The translations under genes and the position numbers were made by a program. The notes beneath the pieces were generated by a model. The model saw nothing but the letters and a program-made list of their open reading frames with translations, had not been told where the DNA came from and ran no database searches. This document shows, piece by piece, positions 24,524 to 37,496 of a stretch of 64,000 nt of DNA. The stretch is from Antechinus flavipes (taxonomy: Eukaryota): NCBI RefSeq assembly GCF_016432865.1, contig NC_067398.1:85622001-85686000 (forward strand). Reading direction: 5' to 3'. Position 1 is the first letter of the stretch, and each line of letters starts with the position of its first letter.

Positions 24524-27500
24524 CTGAAAAAAAAATTGTTTCATTAAGTTTAGCAAGTCTGTCACAGATTATTTAAGGCCTGCTAAATGATGACAGGTGC
24601 AATCCATTTTTAGAGCATCTGGTTTGTGGTTTCTGTTACTCTTGCTTATGATGTGTTTAAGAATATGTTTTATTTTATAGGATTTTGGAACAGCAAGTGC
24701 TATCCTTCATTCTGGAGAGTGTAAGTGAATTGATACTGTTTATTATGAAATATATGCTTCAATATACATTTATACTTAGCTATAATAGCCCTTTAAAAGT
24801 TGCAAAGTATTATCACATTTATTTTTTTCATCTGATCCCCATGTGATGTGGGTACTATTGTTATCCCCATTTTATAAAGAAACAGACAGAGAAGTTAAGT
24901 GACTTACATAATTAGTAATAGTTTGAGGCAGGATTTGAACATTGGTCTTTTTGACTCCAAGTACAATCTGTTAGCTTTTCTCCCTTTGAAGCATGTGTAT
25001 TGGGCAGTTTTTTTCATCTCTCTAAGGAAAAAAAAAGAGAAAACAATCCAAAACCTGTTAATGATACTTGCCAGATAAACTCCCTGGAAAGATGTGGATT
25101 GGCTAGCATTATATGTTAACTGTTCTCTCTAGTGCCTTTATTCCTAAAACAAGTTGAAAAGGTATTCCCCTCTTTTCACAATAATATGTTAATAGATAAA
25201 TGTCTTTCTGGATCTAAATGGCCCCACAGCAGCTGGCATTATTGGTAAGAACTTCTATATCTTGCTTGTTAGCTAATCCTTTATCAAATGGAGAACATTT
25301 CATTCTCATGTTCTAATTCACTTCAATGAATTACTGTTCTCAAAGATCACAAAGTATAGATAATGCTACTGCCCACAAATCACTATCTTTGGAATCTCTA
25401 AAAGGGTGCTAAGAACTAACACAGAGAGAACACTTGTCCTATACAGTTAATCAATAAACTTTTAAAAGGATATACTACTAAAAGCTGGTTAGTCCCATCC
25501 CTCAGGGAGTTCACAATGCAATAAAAGTTGTTTTAGTTGTCATTTTTCAGTCTATCCCATTCTACCTGGAGGTAAAGATACTGGAATAGTTTGCCATCTC
25601 CTGAGACAAACAGGGTTAAGTGACTTGCTCAGGATTATCCAGCTGTTAAGTGTTGAGACCAGATTTGAATTCAGAAAGATGAATTGTTCTGGTCAGGTGT
25701 TCTATCCACTGCACCACCTTGCTCACCAAAGATATTCAAATGGTTTGCTGTTTCCTTCTCTAAAGGATCAAGGCAGAAGTAAAGTGACTTGCTCAGAGTT
25801 GCACAGCTAGATTTGAACTCAGAGAGGGGAAGTAGACAACATATAAAAAGAAGCTAAAAAGAGAAGAAAGGATAAACAGTGTGGGGGAATGATGAGGTCA
25901 TGTAGCCAGGGTGGGAAATGATCTACAAATATATGAGTTACAGAGTTGATTTCATCTTGAGTTTCTGGAGATCATTAAGTCCAAAACAGCTGAGTGGGAA
26001 ATGATTGCCTTGGATGCCCTTCTGGGGAAATTAGCCGACAGCAAAGGGGATTTTTAAAAAATACAATGGTAAAACATCTTATACATATTAGGTTTTAGAT
26101 TGTGAGCTCCATAAAGACAGGAAAAAGATTTAGTCTTTATATTTACTAGTACTCTGCATACAGGGACTTAAAGTTTAATGGAGTTGTGATTGTTAAAAAA
26201 TATCATCCCCAAAATACTGATGACTTTTTACCCAAAACACCTTATTGCATATAGGTCTGCTGTTCAATTCCATCTTTTTTTTCCCTTCACATTTGTTAGT
26301 GGGTTTGTTCAGAAGGTAGGACCTAGGAGGGAAGAGGATGTGCTTTTTCTTTAAAAACAAAACACCTACTTGTTTCTAAGCATTTATTAGAAAGCTTGAC
26401 TCCAAAGTACTTTTCCATGTTTCTATTTTCTTCTTTTCGATTCTACATGATATTCAAACTAGACTAGTAGTCACTTCCAATCCTGCAATGGAATATGTCT
26501 TCTTTTCATGCCAGGACAGACAATCTTTCCTATTGAAATCTCTCCGCATCAAAGCACAGCTGAAGGGCCTTAGGACCCTTCTGCATGAAGCCCTTGCATC
26601 TAAGCTCATCCTTCTTCTCCACTCATACAATGAGTGAAATAACTTTTCATTATTCTTATAGCTGATTTTTAGTGTATTTTAAGTTTAAATACTGCAAATC
26701 CCTCTTATTTCTTGTATATTTTCTCTATTGATTATCTCCAAGTTAGCCTGTCTATAGCTTATTTGTACAATGTCTATATGCTGTCTCCTCCATTACACCA
26801 TGAGCTCTTTGAGAGCAGATGTTGAAATAAATTAACTTTTATTGTTGATAAAAGCAAAGCCTTTTGTTCAGGACCTCACCCTAGTGACTAAGACAAAAAT
26901 TGGGAAATTAGACAAAGGAGTTTATTGCAGCAACCCAAGGAAAAAAAGGTTGAGCATGGCTGGGCAACCTTGTGATCTGCTTTTATAGGCAAGTTTTGCA
27001 ATAAAGAAATGACAATCCTGCCATTTTAACTCCTCTCACATTATTTCATTATAGGAAGATGAGTATGATAACAAGCCCTATCCTACAAGCATCTAGAAGG
27101 TACTCAAAAATTTAAACAAACCCTTAAAGTGACTCTGCACAAATTTGAAGAAAGATTGTATTTATCTTTATTTGTATCCCCATAACTTAGTACAGTGCCT
27201 ACCATATAGCAGTCACTTAAAATGTTTATTGACTGGCTGATCCAAGTTCTCTGGCTCCAAATCCAGAGCTCATTCCTATTCCAGTTTCTTTGTATTTGTT
27301 TCCTCATTCAGTTGGTCTTAATTTTTCTAAAATCCTTTCCAACTTAATGAGCCAATGACATTGAAGAAAATAATCCTTACAGAATGTTTGCACTAGAGGA
27401 AGGCATAAATAGTGGACAGACCCTGGACTATGAATCAGAGTATCTGGGCTCCAATCTTGGCTCTGGATATTTAAGAATCTCAGGTGGTAAAATAGTAATG

Positions 27501-28479
27501 CCAGTCTAATTTTTCCCTAGGGTCTTTCCATTCAACAAGGATTAGATAAAATTGTCATGAAAGAGTTTTGAAACACAAGTTTAAAGCATCATGAAACTTT
27601 AGGCTTAAATTCTTAAAGGAGAGTCTTACTTTTACAAAAAGGAAACAATGCAATCCCACAAACTCACTGGCTTAGTAATATTGTATAGGGGAGCAAGATT
27701 CAATAGATGCACAAAAAGCCTATTTGAATGAAAGCCCTCTGGGTTTGGGTGGAGAGAAAGGATCTAGGATTTAACTAGCATACACAATACATTTTTTAGA
27801 GGCCGTCTTATTTTACGAGGGGAGATGGAGGAGTTGAAAAGGGCTTTCAAGTCTGGACAGGGTTTTTGTAGTACTGAGACAACTTTAGGCTTAATTGTAT
27901 TATTCCCATTCGTCTACACAACTAGAGAGGGTCGGCAAAACTAAACTATAGGTATTAGTTGATTTGCAAATAGTTTTACTTGATATAGAGCTTCTGCGTT
28001 CTGTAACATTCCAAAGTATTCGTCCTGCTTATGAATCAAAACCTATACAGCTTAAAACTGCTCAAGTCTCACTGATTTTTATACAAAGTGGGTCTAGATC
28101 TGAGACTAATAAACCGATTTTTTCATTTCTACATCTTTATTAGCAGCAGTATGTAGGTCGCTAAGTAACTGAACATTTTTTCTGTCACAGGGTTTTTGGG
28201 GCAGGAAGGCAGAAAGTTTGTTAATTTCCACACCTCTAGTTTGAAAACCTGGGCAATTGAATTTATTATCATATATTTTGCAGTTAAACTATAAAAATCA
28301 GAACGGCTAAAGAGTCTCATCCTCAACAGCCTCCCCCACCCACCTACACCTTCTAGATAATGTCCTTTGGCTAGGGATGGCCTTAAGCCTCTCAGATGGC
28401 ACAAAATGAACTGCAGACATCCAAGAAGGTCCCCAGTTTGCCCTTAGAGGTCCCCTCTCCAGTCCGCCCAAAGTTGAGC

Positions 28480-28700
28480 TCTTGCTGTCTTAGTTATTTC
28501 CTTCAAGTGCAGCTAAAAATCCCATCTTCCAGGTGAAGCCTTTGCCCAACCCTCAGTTTTAAAGCCTTCCCTCCCTATGACGCTTATTCCGAATTTATCT
28601 GTGGCTTGTTTCTATGTAGTTGCTCCACTAGACGGTGAGCACCTTGAGGGGGGAGGTATCCCCAGCTCTCTGCATCCGGCCTGATACATGGAAGGCTTAT
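28480..28700 (+). mobile_element. L2 3' tail
   Basis: aggtgaagccttt...ccactagacggtgagcaccttgaggg...tatccccagc...ctgatacatggaaggct. Confidence 0.6.
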
Positions 28701-28719
28701 TTATTTACCAAATAGAAAA

Positions 28720-29490
28720 ACTGCCGCCGTCTCCGCAGCCCCGGCAACACCTGACCAGTCAGGCGGATGTTCCGCCCGGGGCGCGGCTGGCACTGGTAGA
28801 GTAGATAAAGTCGGCCGCCCCGCCTCGAGAGTAGCGCTAGTGCCCTTTCCCCCCGGGCTCTAAGCCCATCTCCGCATCCACACACCTCCAAGCACACGCT
28901 TCCCAGGAGCTCAGTCCCGGCACCCAGCTCGTGTCGTCCCTTCCAGGTGATGAACTCCTTTCCTTCCAGGTCTGAGCCTTCCTTCTCCCTCTCAAACCAG
29001 AACCTCCATCTCTCTCTGCCCCCAAAGTTAGAGGTCAAGGTCGGAAGCCCAGAATTCCGGAGAGAGCCGGCCCTGGAGCAAGGAGCCGCTAGCCCAGAGT
29101 GTAGGGCAATGGGAAAGTGGGGGTTGGGAGAGAACAGGGCGTGGCGCTAAGAAATAAGGCCGAGGGGGGAAGCGAAGGCTGCAGGATTCCTGCCTGGGCA
29201 TGAACCACTGGAGTGGGGACACGCCCTGCCTCAGGAATGCTCATTCTATTCGGGAAGCGGCTCCTGCCCAGCCCTGGGATCTGCCACTCCAAAGGCCGCT
29301 CTTTCCCAGACCCATGGTCTTGTGTCAAATGCCCGCGGAGGCGGCGCTCTAGCTATGAGCTCTTCTCCTTTCCCCGAGCGGTTCCCCGAGCGGTGCTGCT
29401 GGTCAACTGGGCCGCCCGCCAACTCTGCCTCGGGAAAGAAAAAAAGCTGAGGTAAGGGAGGGGCTAACAGTAAAGCCAGGTCACGTGAGC
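28720..29490 (-). promoter_or_regulatory. CpG island, probable PGAP4 proximal promoter and first exon
   Basis: Abrupt GC/CpG enrichment; GC boxes (tccgccc about 28771, ccccgcc about 28818); TCACGTGA E-box 29481-29488; 13.6 kb upstream of the coding exon acceptor. TSS and first donor not resolved. Confidence 0.75.
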
Positions 29491-30549
29491 TCAGCTAGTT
29501 TGCAGGCTTCTGGACCAGTTTTTCTTTTTAAATTATTTTTTATTTCGCTAAATATTTCCTAATTACATGTAAAATTTTAAACAATATAATTTTGAGGTCC
29601 AAGTTTTCTGCCTCCTCGTGTGAAATCATGAAAAACATTTCCCTATTAACCATGTTACAATAAAAAACAAATAAAATAAAAATAAAGTGTGCTTCAATCT
29701 GCATTCAGAGTTCACCAATTCTTTGTAAGTGGGTTAGCGTAAGGAGCACTAGGCAGCATGGACTGGATGGAAGAGCATCCGGGTTTGGGCATAGAACTTT
29801 GGGTTTCATTTTTATAGTTTTTTTTTGGGAAAGGGTTTATCCATGTCATCTAGGGTTTTTAGTTCATTAACTAGCCAAATGACCTCAAAGTGATCGGTAA
29901 ATCTTCCAAGTGTTCATCCGAAGTTATCAACACTTCTTTAATGTTATACTGATCTGGAGTTGTGGAGGTTTAGAATTGGTCTAGAATTTACACATTATGG
30001 ACCAGACATCTTGACATGTTGCTAGATGTCTTCTGCTGACTGAGCACATATTACCAGGATGTGAATATTAGTGAATACACGATACAATTTGTACATGACT
30101 TCCAGATTTCCCTTTGTAATCTTATTTGCTGCTAATAATGCTTTATATTGGCTGCTTATAAACCTATTTACTATACTGATTAGATTCTGGGGAAGGAAGA
30201 GGGGAGGAGGTGAGGTTGAGGGATGTAAGGAGGAATAATCAAGGAGACCAGAACAAGATATATTTTTAACACATCAGTTTTGCTCTTAATAAAGAATCAA
30301 TACATAAATAAACAGTACTGAAGAGTCAAACATATAACAGCACTTCTTAAGGTAAGGAATCCATTCTACTCTAGGACAACAACAAACTGAAGTTTTTCTT
30401 GACATCAAGACTAAATCCACCTCTTTGCATCATCTACCTATTGGTCCTGATTTTCTCCTCTGGGATAGAAAAGAAGAAGTTTGATCCTTTCTCTGCCCTT
30501 CAAACACTTGAAAAATTATATTCTCCTATAAGTTCTCTCTTCTACAAAC

Positions 30550-31061
30550 TGAACAAGATAAAATGAGATCTTTCAAGACAGTTGTGAAAATCGAGTAAGG
30601 CTTCATTTCAAAGTTTGAGTAGGCCTGAAGGACTTTAAGGTCAAGGGCATATTTAGTGTCTCCTCCCTGCAAAGTGTCTCCTCCCTGCTATCTTAAGGAC
30701 ATACTTAAAGTGTCCCTGCAATCCCCTCCCTGTTAGACCCCTAAGGGCATATTTAAGTCCCCTTCTTGTTATCCTCCCTATTTCAGCCAAATATGGGCAA
30801 CTATGTACTTGTTGGTCAAGTTCAATTTCTTGGATAGTTCGAGGGTTTAGAATGTAAGATCCTCAGCCAATAAGGATTGAGGGTCAGTGGTGGGAGGAGG
30901 GATTTGCGTTAGGGATAAAAGCACGACCCTACCACTACGGGGCCTCCTCCCTTCGATTGTCTGCTCTATTAGTGGACGCCCTTTCTGGAGAACGTAAATA
31001 AACTTTGCTTTGCTTCTAGAGATCTATCCAGTTGTTTTATTAATGGTTTCTGACCCACACA
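30550..31061 (+). mobile_element. Solo ERV LTR (class I-like), 512 bp, inserted in an L3 remnant
   Basis: TG...CA termini; 4-bp TSD AAAC (30546-30549 / 31062-31065); U3 repeats; CCAAT at about 30866; GATAAAA at about 30914; AATAAA at about 30997. Confidence 0.8.
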
Positions 31062-32038
31062 AAACTAAAAATCCTAACTTTCTCCTACAGATTTTCTTAT
31101 GGGAGGATTTCCAGTCTGTTCACCATCCTGATTTCCCTATTCTGGATGGAATTCTGCTCATTAGTATATTCCTAAACTGAGTTCCTTAGAACTGAATATA
31201 TAATTTCCTTCTCCTTTCATGTAGTTTCTCTTTTCCCCACAATCTTTTATTAGGATGTGAGAGGCTATCCTGTCAACTAAAATCAGGTCCTCTCCCAGTC
31301 CCAAGTTCAGGGGAAAATCTCCACAAGAGTCCACTATGGGAGAGCTCCACCTGAAACCATCTTTTAGCCTTTTAATCTATGACCAAAGCAGTATTACCAG
31401 TGCTTCTATCTCCTTACTTCCTGTTCCACTTGAAAAGCTTTTGTAATCACTAACACTCTGGTTTCTAAACCTACAACTAAACTGAAACTGACTCTCTAAG
31501 ATGACCAAAGTTCTTTTAACTGTTAATTCCCTTTACCTTAGTCCTAATTCTCTTTGACTTCCCTGCAGTATTTAACACTGCTGAATAAACGCTTCTTTTG
31601 GATGCTTTTTCCTCTTTAGCTCCTGAGACTGTTATTTCTTGGATCTTCTCCTTTCTTCCTATGTAATTATTGTTTTTGAACCTGAATTAAACTTGAATTG
31701 TTTTTGCTATATAATCACCCACATCCTAGCCTCTTACTGTGATATTACCTAAAGCTATATCTTGGCCCTACTATTAACTTGTTTATATGACATGTCTCTT
31801 GGTAACCAAACTCTTTAGGTTCCAGAGATTTAAATATTTCTACCTACACAACTTCCATATTTACATATATGGTTCTCTTCTCTCGCCTGAGTTCCAGTCT
31901 TTTACATCATTGCTCTGTCTTCTAGATTACCTAAATATTTATCATTGCATAAAATATGCCACTTCAGCAAAAAATATTATTTTGTAAGGGAAAGAAAAGA
32001 GAACATTCATTCAACAGATAATTACTGAATATCTTATT

Positions 32039-32442
32039 TGTGAAGAGAATTGCTTTTAATGCAGTAAGGCAGGTGCCTCGCATGTGAGGACCAGACCCCA
32101 CAGAAAGCTATGGAATGACCACACTGGGATTATGGTTTGATAACAATCAATAAGGAGATAAACCAATCAGAAGATAGTAAATTATGTTTCATCCCATCTT
32201 TCCCTTCTATAGCCACCCCCAGCTGAGCTTCAGTGGATCACAAAACTTGGGTTTCTCAGAGCAAGTACCAGACCCAGGTCCATACAGCAGGTGAGTAGAC
32301 CAGTTTTCAGGGACACACTTTTTACCTCATTAGCTTCATGTCCTGTGAGGACATATGAGGGGTTCTGTGTTCTGAGGACATAGCCAATGAGAAAGAGGTG
32401 CTCTGTTTTATACTTCTCACAGCTGATTGAATTTAAATTACA
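32039..32442. mobile_element. Probable older solo LTR
   Basis: TG...CA ends, imperfect TATT/TAAT flanks, CCAAT motifs and LTR-like composition; orientation uncertain. Confidence 0.45.
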
Positions 32443-35400
32443 TAATCTTCTTCTTTACTTCCTCTTCTGAACTTCCTTATTTCTGTGAAGGGCAAACCAT
32501 CCCTAGAAATGCTGTCTCAGCATTTTAACATCCTTATCCTTGATTTCTCATTCAATCAAACTTCTCTCTTCCAATTTTTTATTTTCATTTTTAACCCTTC
32601 TTGAACTATATGTACAATTTGACATTGTTGACCATTTGTGAGACAAGTCTAGATCAGACTAATGTGGGCAACCTATATGGGCAATATACCACACATCACA
32701 ACCATTACAAGCTCTAAATCCAAAGGCTTTACTATTAAATGGTGGGCAGTTGGCATTATAACAAGTCTTCTTGGATCTGATTTGTTTCTCACTTTAGACT
32801 TAATAAAGGCTTATTAATTGATTGCTTTATAGATTAGATATTGATATTTAAAAAGTAACTGATATAAGAGAGTTTGGGGTCTACTTGAATTTGAACTTTG
32901 GTTCTGATGCTTACAAGTTGCATGGCTCTGGGCAAGTCACAAAGTCATAGATTCTAAGTTCAGAGAAGTATTGGAAACTATTCAGTTCAACTCCTACCTG
33001 ACTGAGTATCCCCTGTACAATATTTCAGGCCTCTACTTAGAGACCATAAGTAAGTGAGAACACACTATCTCTCCCATACATTATTATCCCATTTGGATAA
33101 CTCTAATTGTTAGGGTGGCAATCCTTTAGGAACTTGGAGCTTCCCTCCCCCAGTGATGAAATAGATGTGGAGTGAGAGAAGTGAAGAAAATAAAAGGATA
33201 CAAAAGAGAGGAAAGTACCTTCAGATGAGATCGTGGGATAAGAACTAGAAGGAACTTTAGAGGTTCTAGACACCTAAAAGTCCTGTTATGAATTAAATTT
33301 TTTTCGTTGTTGCTGTTACCCCTCATCAGGGCTACAGCTCACTGTGTAGGCTTTGGTATAAATATTGAAATTTGTCCACTATATTGCCAATTTGGCAATT
33401 GGCATATGTCTAGTTTCCTTCCTCCAACAGAATAGTTTTTTGCTTATAACCACCATTAGCTATTTGATTTTATTTTGTTGTATTTTATTTTATTTTTAGA
33501 ATTAATTGTGTGAGCTCTTTGGGATTTTTTTTAAAAGAGTTAGTTCCATGACTGCTATGGTTGTCAGATACTTTATTTTGTTTTTTAGAGATGGTTGTTG
33601 GAGTGCTACTTCTGTGAGTTCTCTGGAGGTTTTTTTTTGTTTTTTTGCTTTTGTTTTGTTTCGAGTTCACAGGTAGTTGCATGTCCTCCATGACTCTTTG
33701 GTCATTTGGTCAGAAGTGACATTTGACAAACTCTACTAAATCCTAGAATATAGTAGAAAAATAAGACAAACTTATAAACTAATTGGGGGAAATACAGTAT
33801 AAGACAGCGTTCAACTACACAGTAAATAGAAAAGCCCAGAAATCTTAAAGTTGCAGCTAGTATTGAACTCAAAGCTCAAGGTTCTTAGGCTTTATCAGCA
33901 AGTTAAATGGCAGTGTTTGGAGGGCATGGAAATGGGGTAAAGGAATTAGTAAGGCCCAGAGATTTTTCATCTTACTGGAAGAAATGAATTTGGTGATTAT
34001 CTGCTCATTTAGGTATAGTATGTGGGATTTGAAAAGCAAGAGATCTGGAAGGCCTCATTGACCACTACTGAGAAAAAGAAAGGGATAGACTTTATGTTCT
34101 GGGTACAATGGGGGTCCTGGGCTCTCTTGAATAGTGCTGGGGATTTTGGGAAGAGAAGAGAAATTGCCTGGGAAGTTGAAAGAAAAGAGCAGCTTGACCA
34201 TCTGATGTTCTTATAGATTGTCGTGAGGCCCTTCCTATGGGTAAGGATTGTGAAGGAGGAGGAATAATAGAAGGAGGAAAGTGGAGATATTTGTCCTTTG
34301 TCTCTTAATGTGTCCTTGTATACTCAGACATAGCTTTCTTCCATAGTCATACTCTTGACTTCCTGTATCTGAACCCCAACTCCTTAAAACAAAGGGACCA
34401 TAGAATGCTTTTAGAAGTCATCTGGTCCAATTTCCCTGAGATGATGTTCATATCATTAAAGCCTATCAGGGAGGATAATTTAGTGGTAAAGTAGGGGGAA
34501 AATGAAAGATCTAGTCATGGAATTTAAGTTTTGCGAGGGGGGGGGGGTCCAGCCTCTGCAGGGGGTCCAGGGAGCTGAGCAGGAGGAATAGGGTCAGCGT
34601 CAAAAGAAGACAGGAGTTGTGGGATAGTTTGAGTGAGGAACTGATGGAAGTGATGCTCCCACTTCTCTCAGGCTCCTTCAGGCTTTATTTTCATATTATA
34701 TCATGATCATATATTTTTCTTTAGGTCAACATAGTCTTAAGACATGTCAGACTTATTGACCTTTATATGTTACTACATTTGACATTTAATATTTGAGAAA
34801 GTTTTTTTTATGGTTAAATGTTAATTATTGATTATATTATGCAAAGCTGATAATGAAAAGCTAAATGTTGCATAAGGTTAAATGTCAGTGAATTTTGTTA
34901 GTTTACTTATGTCTTCTTTGTCAATTCTATGGATTGTTTGATTCCTCTATTTCCTTGACTTGGAACCGTGTACATAGGCATTTAGGGCAATTCCTAGTTA
35001 TACTTTAACCATCTTTTGGTTCCTAGACATACTGATCTTTTCTGAGTCTAAATTGATAAACACCATTATTTCCTGGACCTTTGGGTTCTCTCTCATAGTG
35101 ACAATGCTTTCCATGGTGTTCTCTCTTTTATCATTTGTCTCAGTGAGAAATTAGCTTTATTAGGACAGAATTTGCATGCGGAATCATTTCTAGTTAATTT
35201 GCCCAAATTCCCCTTGTCACCAGATTTTTTTAAAGAGAATATTTAGTACTGTAATCCAAGCCAATTATAAACAATATAGGAAATAATACTCCATTAATGA
35301 GAATCATAAAAGGAAATGTTGTTCGTGCACGAGTGCTGTGCACATTTGATCTCAATGCTGGGCTTTGCCAATCAGCTCAGAGATTGCGGCTCCCAATAAA

Positions 35401-36301
35401 GTCTAAATCTTGGTTCTGTTGTTGTCTGTAAAATCTGGAACAAAGTTCTTAACTTCTCTGAGTCTGTTTCCTTTTCTATAAAATGAAAAGGTTGAATTTA
35501 ATAATCTCCAAGTTTCCCTCTAGTTCTTAATCTATGAATTTAACCTCTCTTCAAATGGTAATTTTACCTCTCTGAGCATCAATTCCTCATGTGTCAAGTG
35601 AAAGAGAAAACAGGATGCTGTTGCTCTTCAGTATGCAGGTAGCTCAGCATCCAAGTTAAAATGATCTCATTTTAGAAATGCAAACTATATTTGTTGTTTA
35701 GTTATTTCAATTGTCTTACTTTTCATGACCCCATTTAGGATTTTCTTGGCGAAGCGACTATTTGGCACAGAAGCCATTTCTTTCTCTAGCTCATTTTACA
35801 GAGAAGGAAACTGAGACAAAAAGGATTAAGTGACCTGCTCAGGGTAACACAGCTGCTCCGAGTCTGAGGCCAGATTTGAAATCAGAAAGATATGTCTTCC
35901 TGACTGCAGGCTTGGCATTCTATCCATTGTGCTACCTACCTGGGGAATTCTATATTTAGATTGGGGTTTTTGCTCTTGGCCTTGGACTTGAACTTTGAGG
36001 AAAATATGTTCCAATACTAATGGAGAATAAGAAAAAAAAAACAGTTCTTAGAACATTTTCCATGTAGTTTATATTTTTATATTAAGGTGTTAAGTCTTTT
36101 CTTTTTCATTTTGATCTATAATGGCATGAATGAAATATAATGATCTCTATTTTCCTGCTGATCACTTTCATTGATCATTTATTGATTTCTGACTACATGT
36201 TTTTTCCATTAAAATTAAATTAAAAGACAAGCAGAAAAGGCCCAATTAATATAATTGAATATAAAACTGCTTGTCATATAACAAAGTTATTATTAATTTT
36301 A

Positions 36302-36449
36302 TTTAGTTAGTTTTGTTGAGGCAATTGGGGTTAAGTGACTTGCCTAGGGTCATACAACTAGGAAGTGCTAAGTATCTGAGATCAGATTTAAACTCAGGTC
36401 CTCCTGATTTCAGGGCTGATGCTCTATTCACTATGCCACCTAGCTGTCC
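36302..36449 (-). mobile_element. WSINE1-like SINE with 15-bp TSD
   Basis: TSD ttattattaatttta at 36287-36301 and 36450-36464. Confidence 0.9.
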
Positions 36450-37384
36450 TTATTATTAATTTTAAATAAAAAAATTAGTATTGCCTGAGTTTGCAGTAAC
36501 CTCTAAACTAGCCTCTTTGCTTCTCTCTCTCTCTACCATTTACAATCTATCCTCTATAATAGCTATCAAAATTGTTTTTTAAGGCATAGGTTTATGTATT
36601 TCCTCTAATCAAAAACTTCAGTGGCCTCCTGTGGTCTCTAAAATAAAATTAATAAAATAACCATAAAAATGGGTATTTTTATATATGGCTTTATGCTCCA
36701 TAAAACACTTTACATATATCAATCCATTTTGATCTTAGTATTCCTATGAGGTTAAAAACCACAGGTATTTAACTCCTTATCACAGATTTAACTCCAAATC
36801 ACAGATTTTAAGCTTGTTTAAATCTAATCTAATCTTAAAAAAGCTTTAAAAAATCTAATAACAAAAAATAATTTATCTGTTCCTGGTTATATAATCATTA
36901 AGTGTCCAAAGCAAGATCTGAACTCAGTCTTTTCTGACTTTTTAGTCCAACACTTCTTTCATGATACTTTTGACTTCCTTGAATATTTCAGTTTAGTATT
37001 TAAAACTCTACATAGTCTGGCTCCAGTTTACCTTTCCAGATTCCCATTTTACTTTAGTTCATATATACAACTGGTGTTCCAGCAAACATACTCTATTTAT
37101 CTATTCCAGTCTGTATCAATATTGAAAATATATGCACCAAATAACATAGCATCCAAATTCTTATATATCTATTATCTATGGAATATCTATCTAGAACCTA
37201 CCAATGATTTTAAAAAATTGCTAAATCTAATGACCTTTTTCATTTCAATCTTTTATCTTTTTTACCCTGTGAATTTACAATGTTGGTCACTAGCTCATCT
37301 CAGAGATTTTGTGACTAGTATCTTTTGGTCCTCTTCCTACATCTCTGACTCTTCCTTTTGAGCTTTCTTTGGTTGATCTCTCTC

Positions 37385-37456
37385 TTTTTAAAAATTTAAT
37401 GTTCATTTCCAAACCCACTCTCTCTCTGTCTCTGTCTCTGTCTCTGTCTCTGTCTC

Positions 37457-37496
<40 letters not shown>

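Noticed and set aside
28697-29455. Multiple 60-113 aa ORFs in the CpG island
   Set aside because: Expected in stop-poor GC-rich DNA; no homology or consistent exon structure
30640-30790. Regularly spaced short repeats (CRISPR-like at a glance)
   Set aside because: Degenerate U3 repeats inside an LTR in a mammalian genome; no constant repeat with unique spacers and no cas genes
34520-34900. G-run and ggggtccaggg motif suggesting an ancient DNA transposon
   Set aside because: No TIR or TSD could be delimited by eye
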